64,000 bases of DNA from Bdellovibrionia bacterium (GCA_040399745.1 JBBARP010000001.1:10517-74516); one strand, 5' to 3'. Shown: positions 47,715-57,917, counted from the first letter of the stretch. Notes: a model not told the origin generated them from the letters alone. A program made the numbers and translations.

Positions 47715-48518
47715 ATGCGCGAAAAGCATCCGCCCCGACATGTCGCGATCATTATGGATGGCAACGGCCGCTGGGCCGCTCGCCGCCATCGGCCGCGTTT
47801 TTTCGGACATGTCCGTGGGGCAGGGCGAATCAAGGATGTGGTTCGCGAGGCCGATCGTCTGGGAATTCAGGCGCTGACGCTTTTTGCTTTTTCGACGGAG
47901 AACTGGGGTCGTCCCGAAGCCGAATTGAATGTGCTTTGGAACCTTTTGAAACGGTTCTTGGTGCGTGAAGCGGATGAGTTAGCCCGCCAGAATGTGCGCT
48001 TACGGGTGATCGGCGAAGTCGAGCGCCTGGGCGCAGACGTACGCGCGATTTTAGATCCCGTCATTCGTAGGTTGGAAGGGAACACCGGCCTTCAGCTCAC
48101 GTTTGCGGTTTCTTACGGTTCTCGCAAAGAAATGGCGCGCGCGGCGCGTTTGTTTGCCGAGGATTGTGCGGCGGGGCTTCGTCGACCTCATGAGATGACC
48201 GAAGAGGTTCTGGCCTCCTACCTTTGGACGGCTGAACTGGGCGATCTTTCTGATGTCGATTTGGTGATTCGAACCAGCGGCGAGCATCGGATTTCGAATT
48301 TCCTGCTTTGGCAGGCGGCGTATGCTGAGTTTGTGTTCCTCGATCTTTGCTGGCCTGACTTTGGCCCTGCGGACTTGGAGCAGGCGGTGGCGGAGTATCA
48401 CTCGCGCGATCGTCGGTATGGTCAGGTGTCAGGGGTAGGCGTGTTACCTGCGTCCTTGCGGATTGCGGGACAAGAGGAAGAGGAAGCGAAATGGACGCAA
48501 GCACGACCTGGGAAATGA
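47715..48518 (+). CDS. uppS: Undecaprenyl diphosphate synthase
   Basis: HVAIIMDGNGRWA, FSTENW.R and IRTSGE.RISNFLLWQ motifs. Confidence 0.96.
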   Translation: MREKHPPRHVAIIMDGNGRWAARRHRPRFFGHVRGAGRIKDVVREADRLGIQALTLFAFSTENWGRPEAELNVLWNLLKRFLVREADELARQNVRLRVIGEVERLGADVRAILDPVIRRLEGNTGLQLTFAVSYGSRKEMARAARLFAEDCAAGLRRPHEMTEEVLASYLWTAELGDLSDVDLVIRTSGEHRISNFLLWQAAYAEFVFLDLCWPDFGPADLEQAVAEYHSRDRRYGQVSGVGVLPASLRIAGQEEEEAKWTQARPGK

Positions 48519-49336
48519 ATCCGGAACTTCGAAGCCGGGTCAGGACCGCTGTAGTGGGCCTGATTCCGATGCTTCTTTTGCTCTTCTTTGGCAGCCGTTT
48601 CGGCGTGGCCGTGATCGCAGCGATCATTTCCCTGGGGATGATTTACGAGTTCTCCGGGATGGTTTTCACGCTTCCCGACCAAGATGCCAAACGAAAGGTG
48701 CTGTTGGGCTGCACCTGGCTTCTGGCGTTCGTGAACTTTTGGATCCCTCGGAGCGAGTACGAATTGCTTCTGTTCTCGTTCTTGGGGCTTTTTGCCTATT
48801 TCCTGTTCACGGTGGAAGCACACCAAGAAGAGGCCATGACCACCCATTTTCGCGAGTTGATGTACTCGATTTTTGGGTTGGTCTACCTGGCGTTCCTGCC
48901 GCTTTTCCTGGTTCTGATCCGGGACTCCGCTTTTGGCCTGAAATGGACTTTCCTGTTTTTCCTGCTGGTTTGGGGGGGTGACACGGGCGCCTATTTCGTC
49001 GGTAAAAAGTACGGCAAGCGGAAGCTTTTCCCGGTCATCAGCCCCAAGAAGACGGTCGAAGGGGCCCTCGGCGGGATGGCCGCCGGAGCGGCCTTAACGC
49101 TTCTATTTAAGGTCCTGTTTTTCAAGGAGTTGGGCTGGGGAATGATCCTCATCCTGCCCCTGATCATCGGCGTGGTGGCCCCGATCGGCGACCTGTGCGA
49201 GAGTTTCCTAAAGCGGGCGTTCCACCGAAAAGACTCAGGAAGCATCCTGCCGGGCCATGGTGGTTTTTTGGATCGGTTTGATGGGGTGATTTTCTCGGCT
49301 CCAATCATGTATGGTTGCATCCGGCTGTTCGGATAA
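48491..49336 (+). CDS. cdsA: Phosphatidate cytidylyltransferase
   Basis: DTGAYFVG, ISPKKTVEG and KDSGSILPGHGGFLDRFD motifs. Confidence 0.96.
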   Translation: MDASTTWEMNPELRSRVRTAVVGLIPMLLLLFFGSRFGVAVIAAIISLGMIYEFSGMVFTLPDQDAKRKVLLGCTWLLAFVNFWIPRSEYELLLFSFLGLFAYFLFTVEAHQEEAMTTHFRELMYSIFGLVYLAFLPLFLVLIRDSAFGLKWTFLFFLLVWGGDTGAYFVGKKYGKRKLFPVISPKKTVEGALGGMAAGAALTLLFKVLFFKELGWGMILILPLIIGVVAPIGDLCESFLKRAFHRKDSGSILPGHGGFLDRFDGVIFSAPIMYGCIRLFG

Positions 49337-49360
49337 CCGCCCTCACAGCAAGGAGCTTTC

Positions 49361-50989
49361 GTGCTTTCAGTACTGGGCTTTCTCGTCGCATTGATGCCTC
49401 TCGTGGTTTTCCACGAATTTGGCCATTTCATCTTCGCTCGTATTTTCGGAGTCAAAGCCGAGACTTTCTCGGTGGGCTTCGGAAAGAAACTTTGGCGCAA
49501 ACAGATCGGTGAAACCGAGTGGTGTTTGTCTGCCATCCCGCTGGGCGGCTACGTGAAGCTTTTGGGCGAGGACGGCGAGCGACAGCTCACCGCTGAGGAG
49601 CAGCATCGTTCCCTGAATCGCGCGGCCCTTTGGAAGCGCTTCTTCATTTTCGTCGGGGGCCCGCTCTTCAATTTCATTCTTTCGGTCTTCCTGTTCATGG
49701 CGATCCTGTTGATCGGTGAACCGCAAATGACCAGCCGCTTGGGGCGCGTGGTTCCCGGAACCGCAGCTGCTCGCGCAGGCCTGCAGAGCGGTGACCGCGT
49801 GGTCGGCATCGACGGAAAGCCGGTGCGCAAGTTCGAGGAAGTGATGAGCGCCATTCTGGAAAATCCAGGCAAGCAGCTCGCTCTCAGCGTTCAGCGCGGA
49901 GCCGCAGAGTCGGCGCCGGTCGAAGTGCGCGTTCAGCCGACTTCGCAAGAAGGCTACTCGGTTTACGGTGAAGCCACCCATGTGGGCGAACTGGAAGGTT
50001 TGCTCCCGATGGCGCGCTCAACCACTTTGGGGATTTCTGACCCCGCAAGCGGTGGCGCAAAGGCTGGCCTGAAAACGGGCGACACGGTTCGCTCGGTCGG
50101 CGGAAAAGCCGTCGCAACTTGGGAAGAGATCGAAGCCGCCTATTCGGCGCTGAACCCCGGTCAATCGCTGAGCCTCGTGGCTTCAGGCAAAGACGGTGAA
50201 AAATCTTTGGAAGTGAAGCGCGTCGCGGGTCAATCGCTTGCTCAAGCTTCGGGGATTCACTCCTCTGAATTCTTTGTCGATAAGCCGGTAGAGGGTTCTC
50301 CGGCTCAAGCTGCCGGCGTATTGCCTGGCGATCGCTTGATCGGCGTAGGGACGCACGTGGTTCAAAGTTTTATCGAGCTTCGCGACGCGGTTCAGCGATC
50401 GGGCGAGCAGCACGGCAAAGTGAATTTGGTCTGGGAGCGAAGCGGCAAGGTCATGCAGGCCGAGATCGTTCCGACGGCCACGAACTCCCGCGATCCCAAC
50501 CTGAAAAAGACCACTCAGTTCACGGTAGGCGTCGTGCCTCAGCTGGTTTGGGCAGAAGCCGAAACCTTGATCGAGCGGGTCTACAACCCCATCACCTTGG
50601 TAGGCACCGCAACCCAGCGCATGTGGCAGCACTCCGAACGCAACTTGGTTTCGATCGTCAAGATGGTGAAGGGCGAAGTTTCGGTCAAAGCTCTGGGCGG
50701 GCCGATCTTGATTGGTAAGGTGGCTGGTGAGTCGCTTTCGCGCGGCTTGATTGCTTTCCTCACCACCATGTCGGTTCTCTCGGTCGGCTTGGGCGTACTG
50801 AACCTTCTACCTGTGCCGGTCCTGGACGGAGGACACATTGTCCTTCTCGGGATTGAAGCGATTCTGCGCCGTCCGCTGTCCGTGCGCTTTGTGGAAGTGG
50901 TTCAGCAGGTCGGGTTTGCCCTGATCCTGCTCCTCATGGTCGTTGTCATGCGAAACGACATTTCGCGGCTTCCGATCTTCGGAAACTGA
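49361..50989 (+). CDS. rseP: Intramembrane zinc metalloprotease RseP with PDZ domains
   Basis: HEFGH, IPLGGYVK and NLLPVPVLDGG motifs; repeated PDZ segments. Confidence 0.95.
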   Translation: MLSVLGFLVALMPLVVFHEFGHFIFARIFGVKAETFSVGFGKKLWRKQIGETEWCLSAIPLGGYVKLLGEDGERQLTAEEQHRSLNRAALWKRFFIFVGGPLFNFILSVFLFMAILLIGEPQMTSRLGRVVPGTAAARAGLQSGDRVVGIDGKPVRKFEEVMSAILENPGKQLALSVQRGAAESAPVEVRVQPTSQEGYSVYGEATHVGELEGLLPMARSTTLGISDPASGGAKAGLKTGDTVRSVGGKAVATWEEIEAAYSALNPGQSLSLVASGKDGEKSLEVKRVAGQSLAQASGIHSSEFFVDKPVEGSPAQAAGVLPGDRLIGVGTHVVQSFIELRDAVQRSGEQHGKVNLVWERSGKVMQAEIVPTATNSRDPNLKKTTQFTVGVVPQLVWAEAETLIERVYNPITLVGTATQRMWQHSERNLVSIVKMVKGEVSVKALGGPILIGKVAGESLSRGLIAFLTTMSVLSVGLGVLNLLPVPVLDGGHIVLLGIEAILRRPLSVRFVEVVQQVGFALILLLMVVVMRNDISRLPIFGN

Positions 50990-51011
50990 CGAAAGAGCAG
51001 GAAGTGCGGCA

Positions 51012-51845
51012 GTGAAGATTTTGGCCTGGGACACGTCTTCGAAAGCGGGCGCCATCGCGGCAGTCGAGTGGGACGAACGCTCGCGCGAAGGGGCCGACGG
51101 CGTTCGCTTGGCTGGGGAACTGGGTCTGAACGTCGACGCTCAGCACTCGGATGGCCTTCTTTTTGGCATCGATCAGCTGCTTCAAGCGGTGCGGTGGAAA
51201 ATCGAAGAAGTAGACGCTTTTGCCGTCGGAATGGGGCCCGGCAGTTTTACCGGACTTCGAATCGGCATGACCACGGCCCGCACTTTGGCGCATTCGCTGG
51301 GCCGACCGCTGATCGGGCTTTCGAGCTTGGTGGCGCTGGGGCGGCCGGCCGCCCAGGCCGTGCTGGCTCAAGGCGAACGCGGCATTGTGATTGCGGCAAC
51401 CGACGCATGCAAAGGCGAGCTTTTTGCGTTTGTCGGCACGGCCCGGGCCCTGATGGACTGCGTGGCCATGGCTCAGGGGGACGCGCCGGGGCTCTGGAAG
51501 CGCGGCGCTGAAGAGCGCGTGGTGACGCCCGATGAGCTGGTGGCCTGGGCCAAGCAGAAGCTGGGCAAAACGGGCCGCTGGACGGCGGTCGGCGAAGCGC
51601 GCCGGCGCTACCCCGAGGTTTTCGCTCAGTTGCCGGCCAGCCGCGAGGTACCGCACGGGGTGCCGTTCTCCGAGCAGGTGCAAGGGCGCACTTTGGCGCG
51701 CATGGCTTGGGAGGCCTGGCAGGCCGGCCTGGGGCGCGACGCTCTCGGGCTTCAGCCGCGCTACCTGCGCGACTCGGATGCGGAAGTGAAACTGCGGGCG
51801 GGGCTTTTGAAGCGCGCGCCCGTTGAAGGAGATTCAGAGAAATGA
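51012..51845 (+). CDS. tsaB: t6A biosynthesis protein TsaB
   Basis: ILAWDTS, GPGSFTGLRIG and P.YLR.SDAE motifs. Confidence 0.92.
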   Translation: MKILAWDTSSKAGAIAAVEWDERSREGADGVRLAGELGLNVDAQHSDGLLFGIDQLLQAVRWKIEEVDAFAVGMGPGSFTGLRIGMTTARTLAHSLGRPLIGLSSLVALGRPAAQAVLAQGERGIVIAATDACKGELFAFVGTARALMDCVAMAQGDAPGLWKRGAEERVVTPDELVAWAKQKLGKTGRWTAVGEARRRYPEVFAQLPASREVPHGVPFSEQVQGRTLARMAWEAWQAGLGRDALGLQPRYLRDSDAEVKLRAGLLKRAPVEGDSEK

Positions 51846-52789
51846 GTTCAGCGGTTTCGCTTTGGCTTGGGCCGCTTGCGGCCTTTGCTTCGTCGTGCAC
51901 TTGGGCCTACGGCACGTCCGTGTATTCAGCTTTGGCTCGTCAGCACGCTCCGGTGACCGTGAACTTGTGTCGCGCGTTGGTGGCGCTCCCGCTTTTCCTC
52001 ATTGGCGGCATGGTCGCCGCAGGCGGATGGACCGATGGCTTGGCCGAGTTTGCCAAGCTCGGCCCCCAGCACCTGGGGTGGTCCTTGGTTTCCATGAGCG
52101 CAAGCTACGGCTTGGGCGATATGTCCTTCTTCATGGCCACCCGGGGCTTGGGCGTTTCAGGTGCTCTTGCCGTGGCGTCGGCCTATCCGCTCTGGACGGT
52201 CTTAGGCGGGGTTTTGTTCTTGGGTCAGACCCCGGCTTCTCTTCAGTGGTTCGGACTTTTTCTCACTTTAGTGGGCGTCGCCGCGGTCATCTTGGCGGGC
52301 GCTCGTGGAAAGAATCGTCCGAAGAAAAGTGAAGCCGAAGGCATCGCGGCTTTGACGAGTCGCCTGGAGAATCGCTGGGTCGGGCTCGGCCTTGCGCTCG
52401 TTGCTTCGGCTTGTTGGGGACTCAACAGTTTTGCTGTATCGCGAGTGGGCCAAGGGGTTTCGCCTTTTGTCGGCAATGCGGTCCGAATGGCGTGTGCGAT
52501 CGGGATCAACCTCAGCATGGCTTGGTTTCTGTTCCCCAAAGCCCCGAAAGTGCTTCCCCGGGCCGATCTCAAAAAACACGCTCCCGTCTTCGTGATTGAG
52601 CCGTTCCTCGGTTCACTCTTCTTTATGTACGGCTTAGCCAATAGCGCTTTGGTGGTGGGCACGACGTTGGCGTCGCTCTCGCCGGTCATTGCGGTTCCGG
52701 TGGCCTACCTGACGGGCTCCGAAAAGCCCTCGCTGATTCGAACGGCGGGGGTTCTGCTCGTGGTCTTGGGTCTCTATCTGCTGATGTAG
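51842..52789 (+). CDS. DMT/EamA family transporter
   Basis: About 10 TM segments in two repeats. Confidence 0.8.
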   Translation: MSSAVSLWLGPLAAFASSCTWAYGTSVYSALARQHAPVTVNLCRALVALPLFLIGGMVAAGGWTDGLAEFAKLGPQHLGWSLVSMSASYGLGDMSFFMATRGLGVSGALAVASAYPLWTVLGGVLFLGQTPASLQWFGLFLTLVGVAAVILAGARGKNRPKKSEAEGIAALTSRLENRWVGLGLALVASACWGLNSFAVSRVGQGVSPFVGNAVRMACAIGINLSMAWFLFPKAPKVLPRADLKKHAPVFVIEPFLGSLFFMYGLANSALVVGTTLASLSPVIAVPVAYLTGSEKPSLIRTAGVLLVVLGLYLLM

Positions 52790-52871
52790 AGACTGCGAGC
52801 GCCTGGGTTCCGACCGTCTGATCCGGTCGGGGATTGCAATGCCGCGCCCAGATTGCTAGGGTGTAGGGCAA

Positions 52872-53618
52872 ATGCGGAAGGTCTATCTGATTCCCAACTT
52901 CGTCACGACGGCGAACATGTTCGCGGGTTTTTGCTCGGTCGTGTACTCCATTCGGGGCGATTTCGAGACGGCTGCCTGGGCGATTTTGGTCGCTGCAGTT
53001 TTCGATATGCTCGACGGTCGCATTGCCCGAATGGCAAAAGCCACCAGTCAGTTTGGCGTCGAGTACGACAGCCTTTCGGATCTGATTTCCTTCGGCATGG
53101 CCCCCGCCATCTTGCTTTATCAATGGGTGCTTCAGCCCTTTGGTCGCTTGGGCTGGGCCGCTTCGTTTTTGTACATGGCCTGCGGAGCGCTTCGTTTGGC
53201 GCGCTTCAACGTCACTACCGAAACTCTGCCCAAAGGTTACTTTCAGGGCCTCCCCATTCCGATGGCCGCAGGGGTCATCGCCACGTTTGAGATTTTTTCC
53301 CGCCACTTGGGCTGGGTCGAAGCGCCTCCCATCATCGCCATTAGCTTGGCCTTTGGGTTGGCCAGCATCATGGTCAGCACGCTTCGCTTCCCTTCGTTCA
53401 AAGAGTTCAACTGGCGCTCGAAAGCCAGCTTTGGCTACTTGGCAGTCGGTATTCTATCGATGATCTTGATTGCCGCAGAACCCGAGACCGCCCTTTTCGT
53501 GGTGATTTCGACTTATGTTTCATTGGGGCTGCTATGGAATGCGTACCGCTGGATCAGCGGCGCTGCTCGCCGGGAACGGTTAGCTGCCGAGCAGGTGGGG
53601 CATCTCGGAGGCAAATGA
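52872..53618 (+). CDS. pssA: CDP-diacylglycerol--serine O-phosphatidyltransferase
   Basis: DMLDGRIAR...FGVEYDSLSD, ALRLARFN and FQGLPIP motifs. Confidence 0.93.
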   Translation: MRKVYLIPNFVTTANMFAGFCSVVYSIRGDFETAAWAILVAAVFDMLDGRIARMAKATSQFGVEYDSLSDLISFGMAPAILLYQWVLQPFGRLGWAASFLYMACGALRLARFNVTTETLPKGYFQGLPIPMAAGVIATFEIFSRHLGWVEAPPIIAISLAFGLASIMVSTLRFPSFKEFNWRSKASFGYLAVGILSMILIAAEPETALFVVISTYVSLGLLWNAYRWISGAARRERLAAEQVGHLGGK

Positions 53619-53619
53619 A

Positions 53620-54693
53620 GTGGCCCGTGTAGGAGTGGTTGGCGCGACCGGCGCAGTCGGTCGTGTGTTGTTGGATGTCCTGGAAACCCGCAAGTTTTCA
53701 GTGAGTGAGTTAGTCCCTTTTGCCAGCGGCAGATCCGTCGGCAAGGAAGTGCGTTTCGCAGGCAAATCCTGGAAGTGCCGCGCCCTCGAAGCAGGCTGTT
53801 TTGACGGGCTCGACTGGGTGTTTTTCGATGCCTCAGACGCCGTCTCGCGCGACTGGGTTCCGCAGGCTGCCCGTTCAGGCGCTTGGGTCGTGGATAACTC
53901 GGCCGCCTTCCGCATGGACACCGATGTGCCTCTACTCGTCCCCGAGTTAAACGGGTACCTGATCGATCGCGCTTGGAAGCAGATTCATGAAGGAAGCGCT
54001 GAAGATGCAGCGCACGCTCGCATCCTGACGGGGCCAAATTGCAGCACCGTCCAGCTCGTGATGGCTTTGGCGCCTTTGCACCGTGAGTTCGGGATGAAGC
54101 GCGTTATCGTGAGCACCTATCAAAGCGTCAGCGGCGCGGGTGCTGCGGCTGTGGAAGAGCTTCGCGAACAAACCGCCCAGGCGCTTCAGGGCAATTTCAA
54201 TGCCCCGAAGGTTCTGTCTCACCGGATTGCTCTGAACTGCATTCCCCAAATTGGTGGCTTTCAAGCGGACGGCTTCACCAGTGAAGAAAAGAAGATTCGC
54301 GAGGAGTCGCGAAAGATTCTCGATCTTCCTTCGCTTCGCATTTCTGCGACTGCGGTTCGGGTGCCGACCGAGCAGTGCCACGGCGAATCGGTTAGCGTCG
54401 AATTTGAGCGTCCGGTCTCGGTCGAGCGCGCTCGTGAGGTTCTGGCTTCACAGTCAGGCGTTCGGGTTCTCGATTCACCAGCCGACCTCGTGTATCCTTT
54501 GGGCGTAGTGGGGCCTGGGGACGCAGTGTCGCCTGGAGCGGGTTCGGACCCGGTCTGGGTGGGGCGCATCCGGCTGGATCCGGCTTGGGATTCGGGCCTC
54601 GCTTTCTGGATCATTTCCGACAATCTCAGAAAAGGGGCAGCCCTGAATGCGGTCCAAATTGCCGAAGCAGTGCTGGAGAGGAAGCCTCGCTAA
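53620..54693 (+). CDS. asd: Aspartate-semialdehyde dehydrogenase
   Basis: GATGAVG, PNCST, STYQSVSGAG and DNLRKGAALNAVQIAE motifs. Confidence 0.96.
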   Translation: MARVGVVGATGAVGRVLLDVLETRKFSVSELVPFASGRSVGKEVRFAGKSWKCRALEAGCFDGLDWVFFDASDAVSRDWVPQAARSGAWVVDNSAAFRMDTDVPLLVPELNGYLIDRAWKQIHEGSAEDAAHARILTGPNCSTVQLVMALAPLHREFGMKRVIVSTYQSVSGAGAAAVEELREQTAQALQGNFNAPKVLSHRIALNCIPQIGGFQADGFTSEEKKIREESRKILDLPSLRISATAVRVPTEQCHGESVSVEFERPVSVERAREVLASQSGVRVLDSPADLVYPLGVVGPGDAVSPGAGSDPVWVGRIRLDPAWDSGLAFWIISDNLRKGAALNAVQIAEAVLERKPR

Positions 54694-57082
54694 TCGAATC
54701 GGGGCGGCGACACTTGGCCTAGCGGCTTTGGCTTCTTCGCCTGGGGTTCAAGCAGCAGGCCCGACTCTCAGTGCCTACGGCCCGCATGCGCTTTACGGGT
54801 CAAATCCTCAGACCACCTATTTCGCGGATTCTGCGACTGCGGTCGATACTGAAGACGATTTCGTCACGGTCAGTACAACGTTGACGACCCCCACCGCTGT
54901 TTCGGGTTCAATGGATGGACTCGTGCGCTTTCGCGTGACTCGCAGTGGAGTTGCCGACCGCCAAGTGGTTTCCATCCTGGCCCAGACGTCGAACGGTTGG
55001 AAGTACGTGCCCATCGCCGCCGCCCAAGGGGCGCGCTGTACTTCCTCGACCTGCCAAGGTGAAAGCGTCACGGGTTACACCGGGTCGTCGGACACCTACT
55101 ATTTCTCAGCTCTTTTCCCGGGCGACGACACAGAAATGGAGATTGGCTTTTATCCTGCCGATCTTTGCGCAGCAGTGCGACTGCAGGGAGATAACTCGCT
55201 CATCGGGAATGGCTGCGTGACCGATTCTGTGAAGGCTTTGACCCAGCGAACCAGCCAGACGAGCAACGATGCCGTCACTTCTGTTTTCAACCTTCGCGTT
55301 TATGTGACGGTGGCTCCCGATTCGACGAGTGCGGGTCCAACCGACAGTACTCAGGATTCGAATTTCACTCTTCTCAACGTTTCCTTGCAGACCGGCGCCG
55401 CTCTTCAGGCCACTTCCTCTTGCCCGTCTCTCTCGGCACTTTATTTTCCGGGCGATACGAAGATTTTCTTCGATGCCACGCGTTTCAATAGTTCCGGTTT
55501 GTTGAACGGGGCGCCTTTGAATTCGGTAGTGGTCGTAGGTGCAAACGGAACTACGCCGAGCCTTGCGTCGATCGAATCGAATTCGGTCTATGGGCGCTTG
55601 GCTTTTGGCGGGGTCAGGGATCTCACCGGGTTTACGAACACCACGAATGGATCCGATAATGCCTACACTTTGGGCTTTCTCATTCGCGATCACTCGGGTG
55701 CGCTTTTGCAGCTCAGCACCTGTTCGCTCTCGGGCGTTCAAACCTCCTCGATTCAGACGTTTCTGAACCAGAGCCGGTGCTTCATTGCGACAGCCGCTTA
55801 TGGTTCAGGCGAAGTACCTACGGTGCGTTGGCTTCGGCAGTTCCGTGAAAGAGCGCTCCGCCCTTACCGCGCAGGACGTGTTTTCATCGGCTGGTACGAG
55901 AGCTGGTCGCCGCGCGCTGCCCAGTGGCTACTTCAACACCCTGAGTTTCGCCCAGTCGTTCTCGCGGCGCTCACTCCGGCAGTCGCTTTTGCAGGATTCT
56001 ACCTGCACTGGAAAGCGCTTCTGATTTTTGCCCTAGCCGCACTTTTGTCAGCAGCTCTGATCCGGCGTCGTAGAGCGGCGCTTCTGTTCGTTTTTCTCGG
56101 AATCGCGGCACCTCTGGCTCAAGCCGATCAGCCCTACCTTGACCGAATCAAGCGTTCGATGAACGAAGAGGAAGGCCTGAGTGATGCAAGCCCTGCAGAA
56201 GGCCAGGGGTACAGCGAGAAGATCCGGGGCGAGCTCAAAGCAAAAGGTAAAACAGGCGATCCGGGAAAAAATTACACCGGACGCATTCAATCTTTGATTC
56301 AAGAAGAGCAGGCCGAGAGCGGCGAAAAGTCTGAACCCTCGGAGGGCTATTCTTCAACCTTGAAGCAGAATCTGGCTCCCACGAAGCCCGAGGATAGCGC
56401 GATTGCCCGGGTGCGCCAGGGTGAATCGGAACTGAAGATTCGCAAAGAAGGAGACATCCATTTCTTGGGCGGCTTTCAGCTAGGAGCATCGGCCACCCGA
56501 AGCGTGCGGGACTTGGGCGGCGTGACTAACGCCACTTTAGAAACGGTTTATGGAACCAGCTGGGTTCCCGATGTTCGCTTTCATATGGAGTGGCAGCCTT
56601 TCCATAGCGAGTGGTTTGGAAATCTAGGATTTCAGGGCACGGCTGGATTCACGCTCCAAACGGGCAAAGCAAGCTTTCAGTTTCCGCTCAATGATCCGGT
56701 CTCAGGCGACGCTTTTGGAAGTACCTCGCGCACCGAACTTCGTTTCATCACTGTGCCGGTAACAGTCGGTGCGACTTATCGGTTTAACCTTCTCCGCTGG
56801 ATTCGGCCTTATGTTCAGGCCTCTGGATTGATGGTGGGCTATTCCGAATCCCGTTCGGATGGCTTGGCGGATCAGAGCGGTTATTCGACGGGAGCGAGCT
56901 GGGGCGGTGGGGCCAATTTTCTTTTGAACCCGCTGTTCCCGTCCATTACCCGTGATTTGTATCTTTCGAGCGGCGTCCATCACCTGTATTTGACCGTGGA
57001 CTGGAATCAGCAGTTAACCAAAGAAGGCGATCTCGAGTTTAGTTCGAATACGGTTTCTGCCGGTCTTTCTTATGAGTTCTGA
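54647..57082 (+). CDS. CFI-box-CTERM-type exported protein fused to a C-terminal outer-membrane beta-barrel
   Basis: Signal peptide, CFIATAAYGS at about residue 378, TM helix plus RRRR, C-terminal AGLSYEF; start codon uncertain (overlaps asd). Confidence 0.78.
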   Translation: MRSKLPKQCWRGSLANRIGAATLGLAALASSPGVQAAGPTLSAYGPHALYGSNPQTTYFADSATAVDTEDDFVTVSTTLTTPTAVSGSMDGLVRFRVTRSGVADRQVVSILAQTSNGWKYVPIAAAQGARCTSSTCQGESVTGYTGSSDTYYFSALFPGDDTEMEIGFYPADLCAAVRLQGDNSLIGNGCVTDSVKALTQRTSQTSNDAVTSVFNLRVYVTVAPDSTSAGPTDSTQDSNFTLLNVSLQTGAALQATSSCPSLSALYFPGDTKIFFDATRFNSSGLLNGAPLNSVVVVGANGTTPSLASIESNSVYGRLAFGGVRDLTGFTNTTNGSDNAYTLGFLIRDHSGALLQLSTCSLSGVQTSSIQTFLNQSRCFIATAAYGSGEVPTVRWLRQFRERALRPYRAGRVFIGWYESWSPRAAQWLLQHPEFRPVVLAALTPAVAFAGFYLHWKALLIFALAALLSAALIRRRRAALLFVFLGIAAPLAQADQPYLDRIKRSMNEEEGLSDASPAEGQGYSEKIRGELKAKGKTGDPGKNYTGRIQSLIQEEQAESGEKSEPSEGYSSTLKQNLAPTKPEDSAIARVRQGESELKIRKEGDIHFLGGFQLGASATRSVRDLGGVTNATLETVYGTSWVPDVRFHMEWQPFHSEWFGNLGFQGTAGFTLQTGKASFQFPLNDPVSGDAFGSTSRTELRFITVPVTVGATYRFNLLRWIRPYVQASGLMVGYSESRSDGLADQSGYSTGASWGGGANFLLNPLFPSITRDLYLSSGVHHLYLTVDWNQQLTKEGDLEFSSNTVSAGLSYEF

Positions 57083-57917
57083 AAAACGAAAATACGCGGC
57101 TCTTTTGTCCTACCAGGGCACGGCTTACTGCGGCTGGCAGAAGCAGAGTGGCTCGGCCGCAAACGGTGGTCCCTCGATTCAGGAAACTTTCGAGAAAACC
57201 CTGCTTCGAATCACTTCCGAGGAAAAGATTTCAGCCGTCGGAAGCGGACGCACGGATTCTGGGGTTCATGCCGCAGGTCAGGTGGTTCATTTCGTCCTTC
57301 AAAAAAAGGCCTGGGATACGGGGATTCTTCGGAAAGCCCTGAATTCGCTTTTGCCTCAGGACATTCGGGCTCTGGCCGTCCAGGAAGTGCCCATCGAATT
57401 TCACGCCCAAAGAAGCGCCGAGAAGAAGCAGTACAGCTACTTCCTTCAGCAAGGGCCGGCAGCCCCAGCCCACCTCAAGCCCTACTCCTGGTGGATCCAG
57501 CGGCGACTCGACTTACCCGCCATGCGCCAGGCGCTTTCTTACTTAGTGGGCGAGCACGATTTTAAGCCGTTTCAGGCCTCGGGTTCTGCACCGATGCGCA
57601 CCACGGTCCGCTCCATCCTGGAGGCCGACCTGATCGAACAGCCGGCTCAATGGCCTTCGTTCACCCCGATCGATGGGGGCGAAGCGGTGACTTTGGTCCG
57701 GATGCGGCTCGTGGGAACCGGGTTTTTGAAGCAAATGGTCCGGGGGATTGCGGGTACCTTGGTTCAGGTGGGTGAGGGAAAGCGCACTGCGGAAAGCGTG
57801 CGGGAAATCCTGGAAACGGGAGACCGTCTGAAAGTCGGGCCCACGGCCCCTCCCCGGGCGCTTTGGCTCGAGCGAGTCTGGTACCCTGGACTAGACTGGC
57901 GCGTCAAAATCGACTAG
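57072..57917 (+). CDS. truA: tRNA pseudouridine(38-40) synthase
   Basis: YCGWQ, GRTDSGVHA, GEHDF and GFLKQMVR motifs. Confidence 0.96.
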   Translation: MSSEKRKYAALLSYQGTAYCGWQKQSGSAANGGPSIQETFEKTLLRITSEEKISAVGSGRTDSGVHAAGQVVHFVLQKKAWDTGILRKALNSLLPQDIRALAVQEVPIEFHAQRSAEKKQYSYFLQQGPAAPAHLKPYSWWIQRRLDLPAMRQALSYLVGEHDFKPFQASGSAPMRTTVRSILEADLIEQPAQWPSFTPIDGGEAVTLVRMRLVGTGFLKQMVRGIAGTLVQVGEGKRTAESVREILETGDRLKVGPTAPPRALWLERVWYPGLDWRVKID

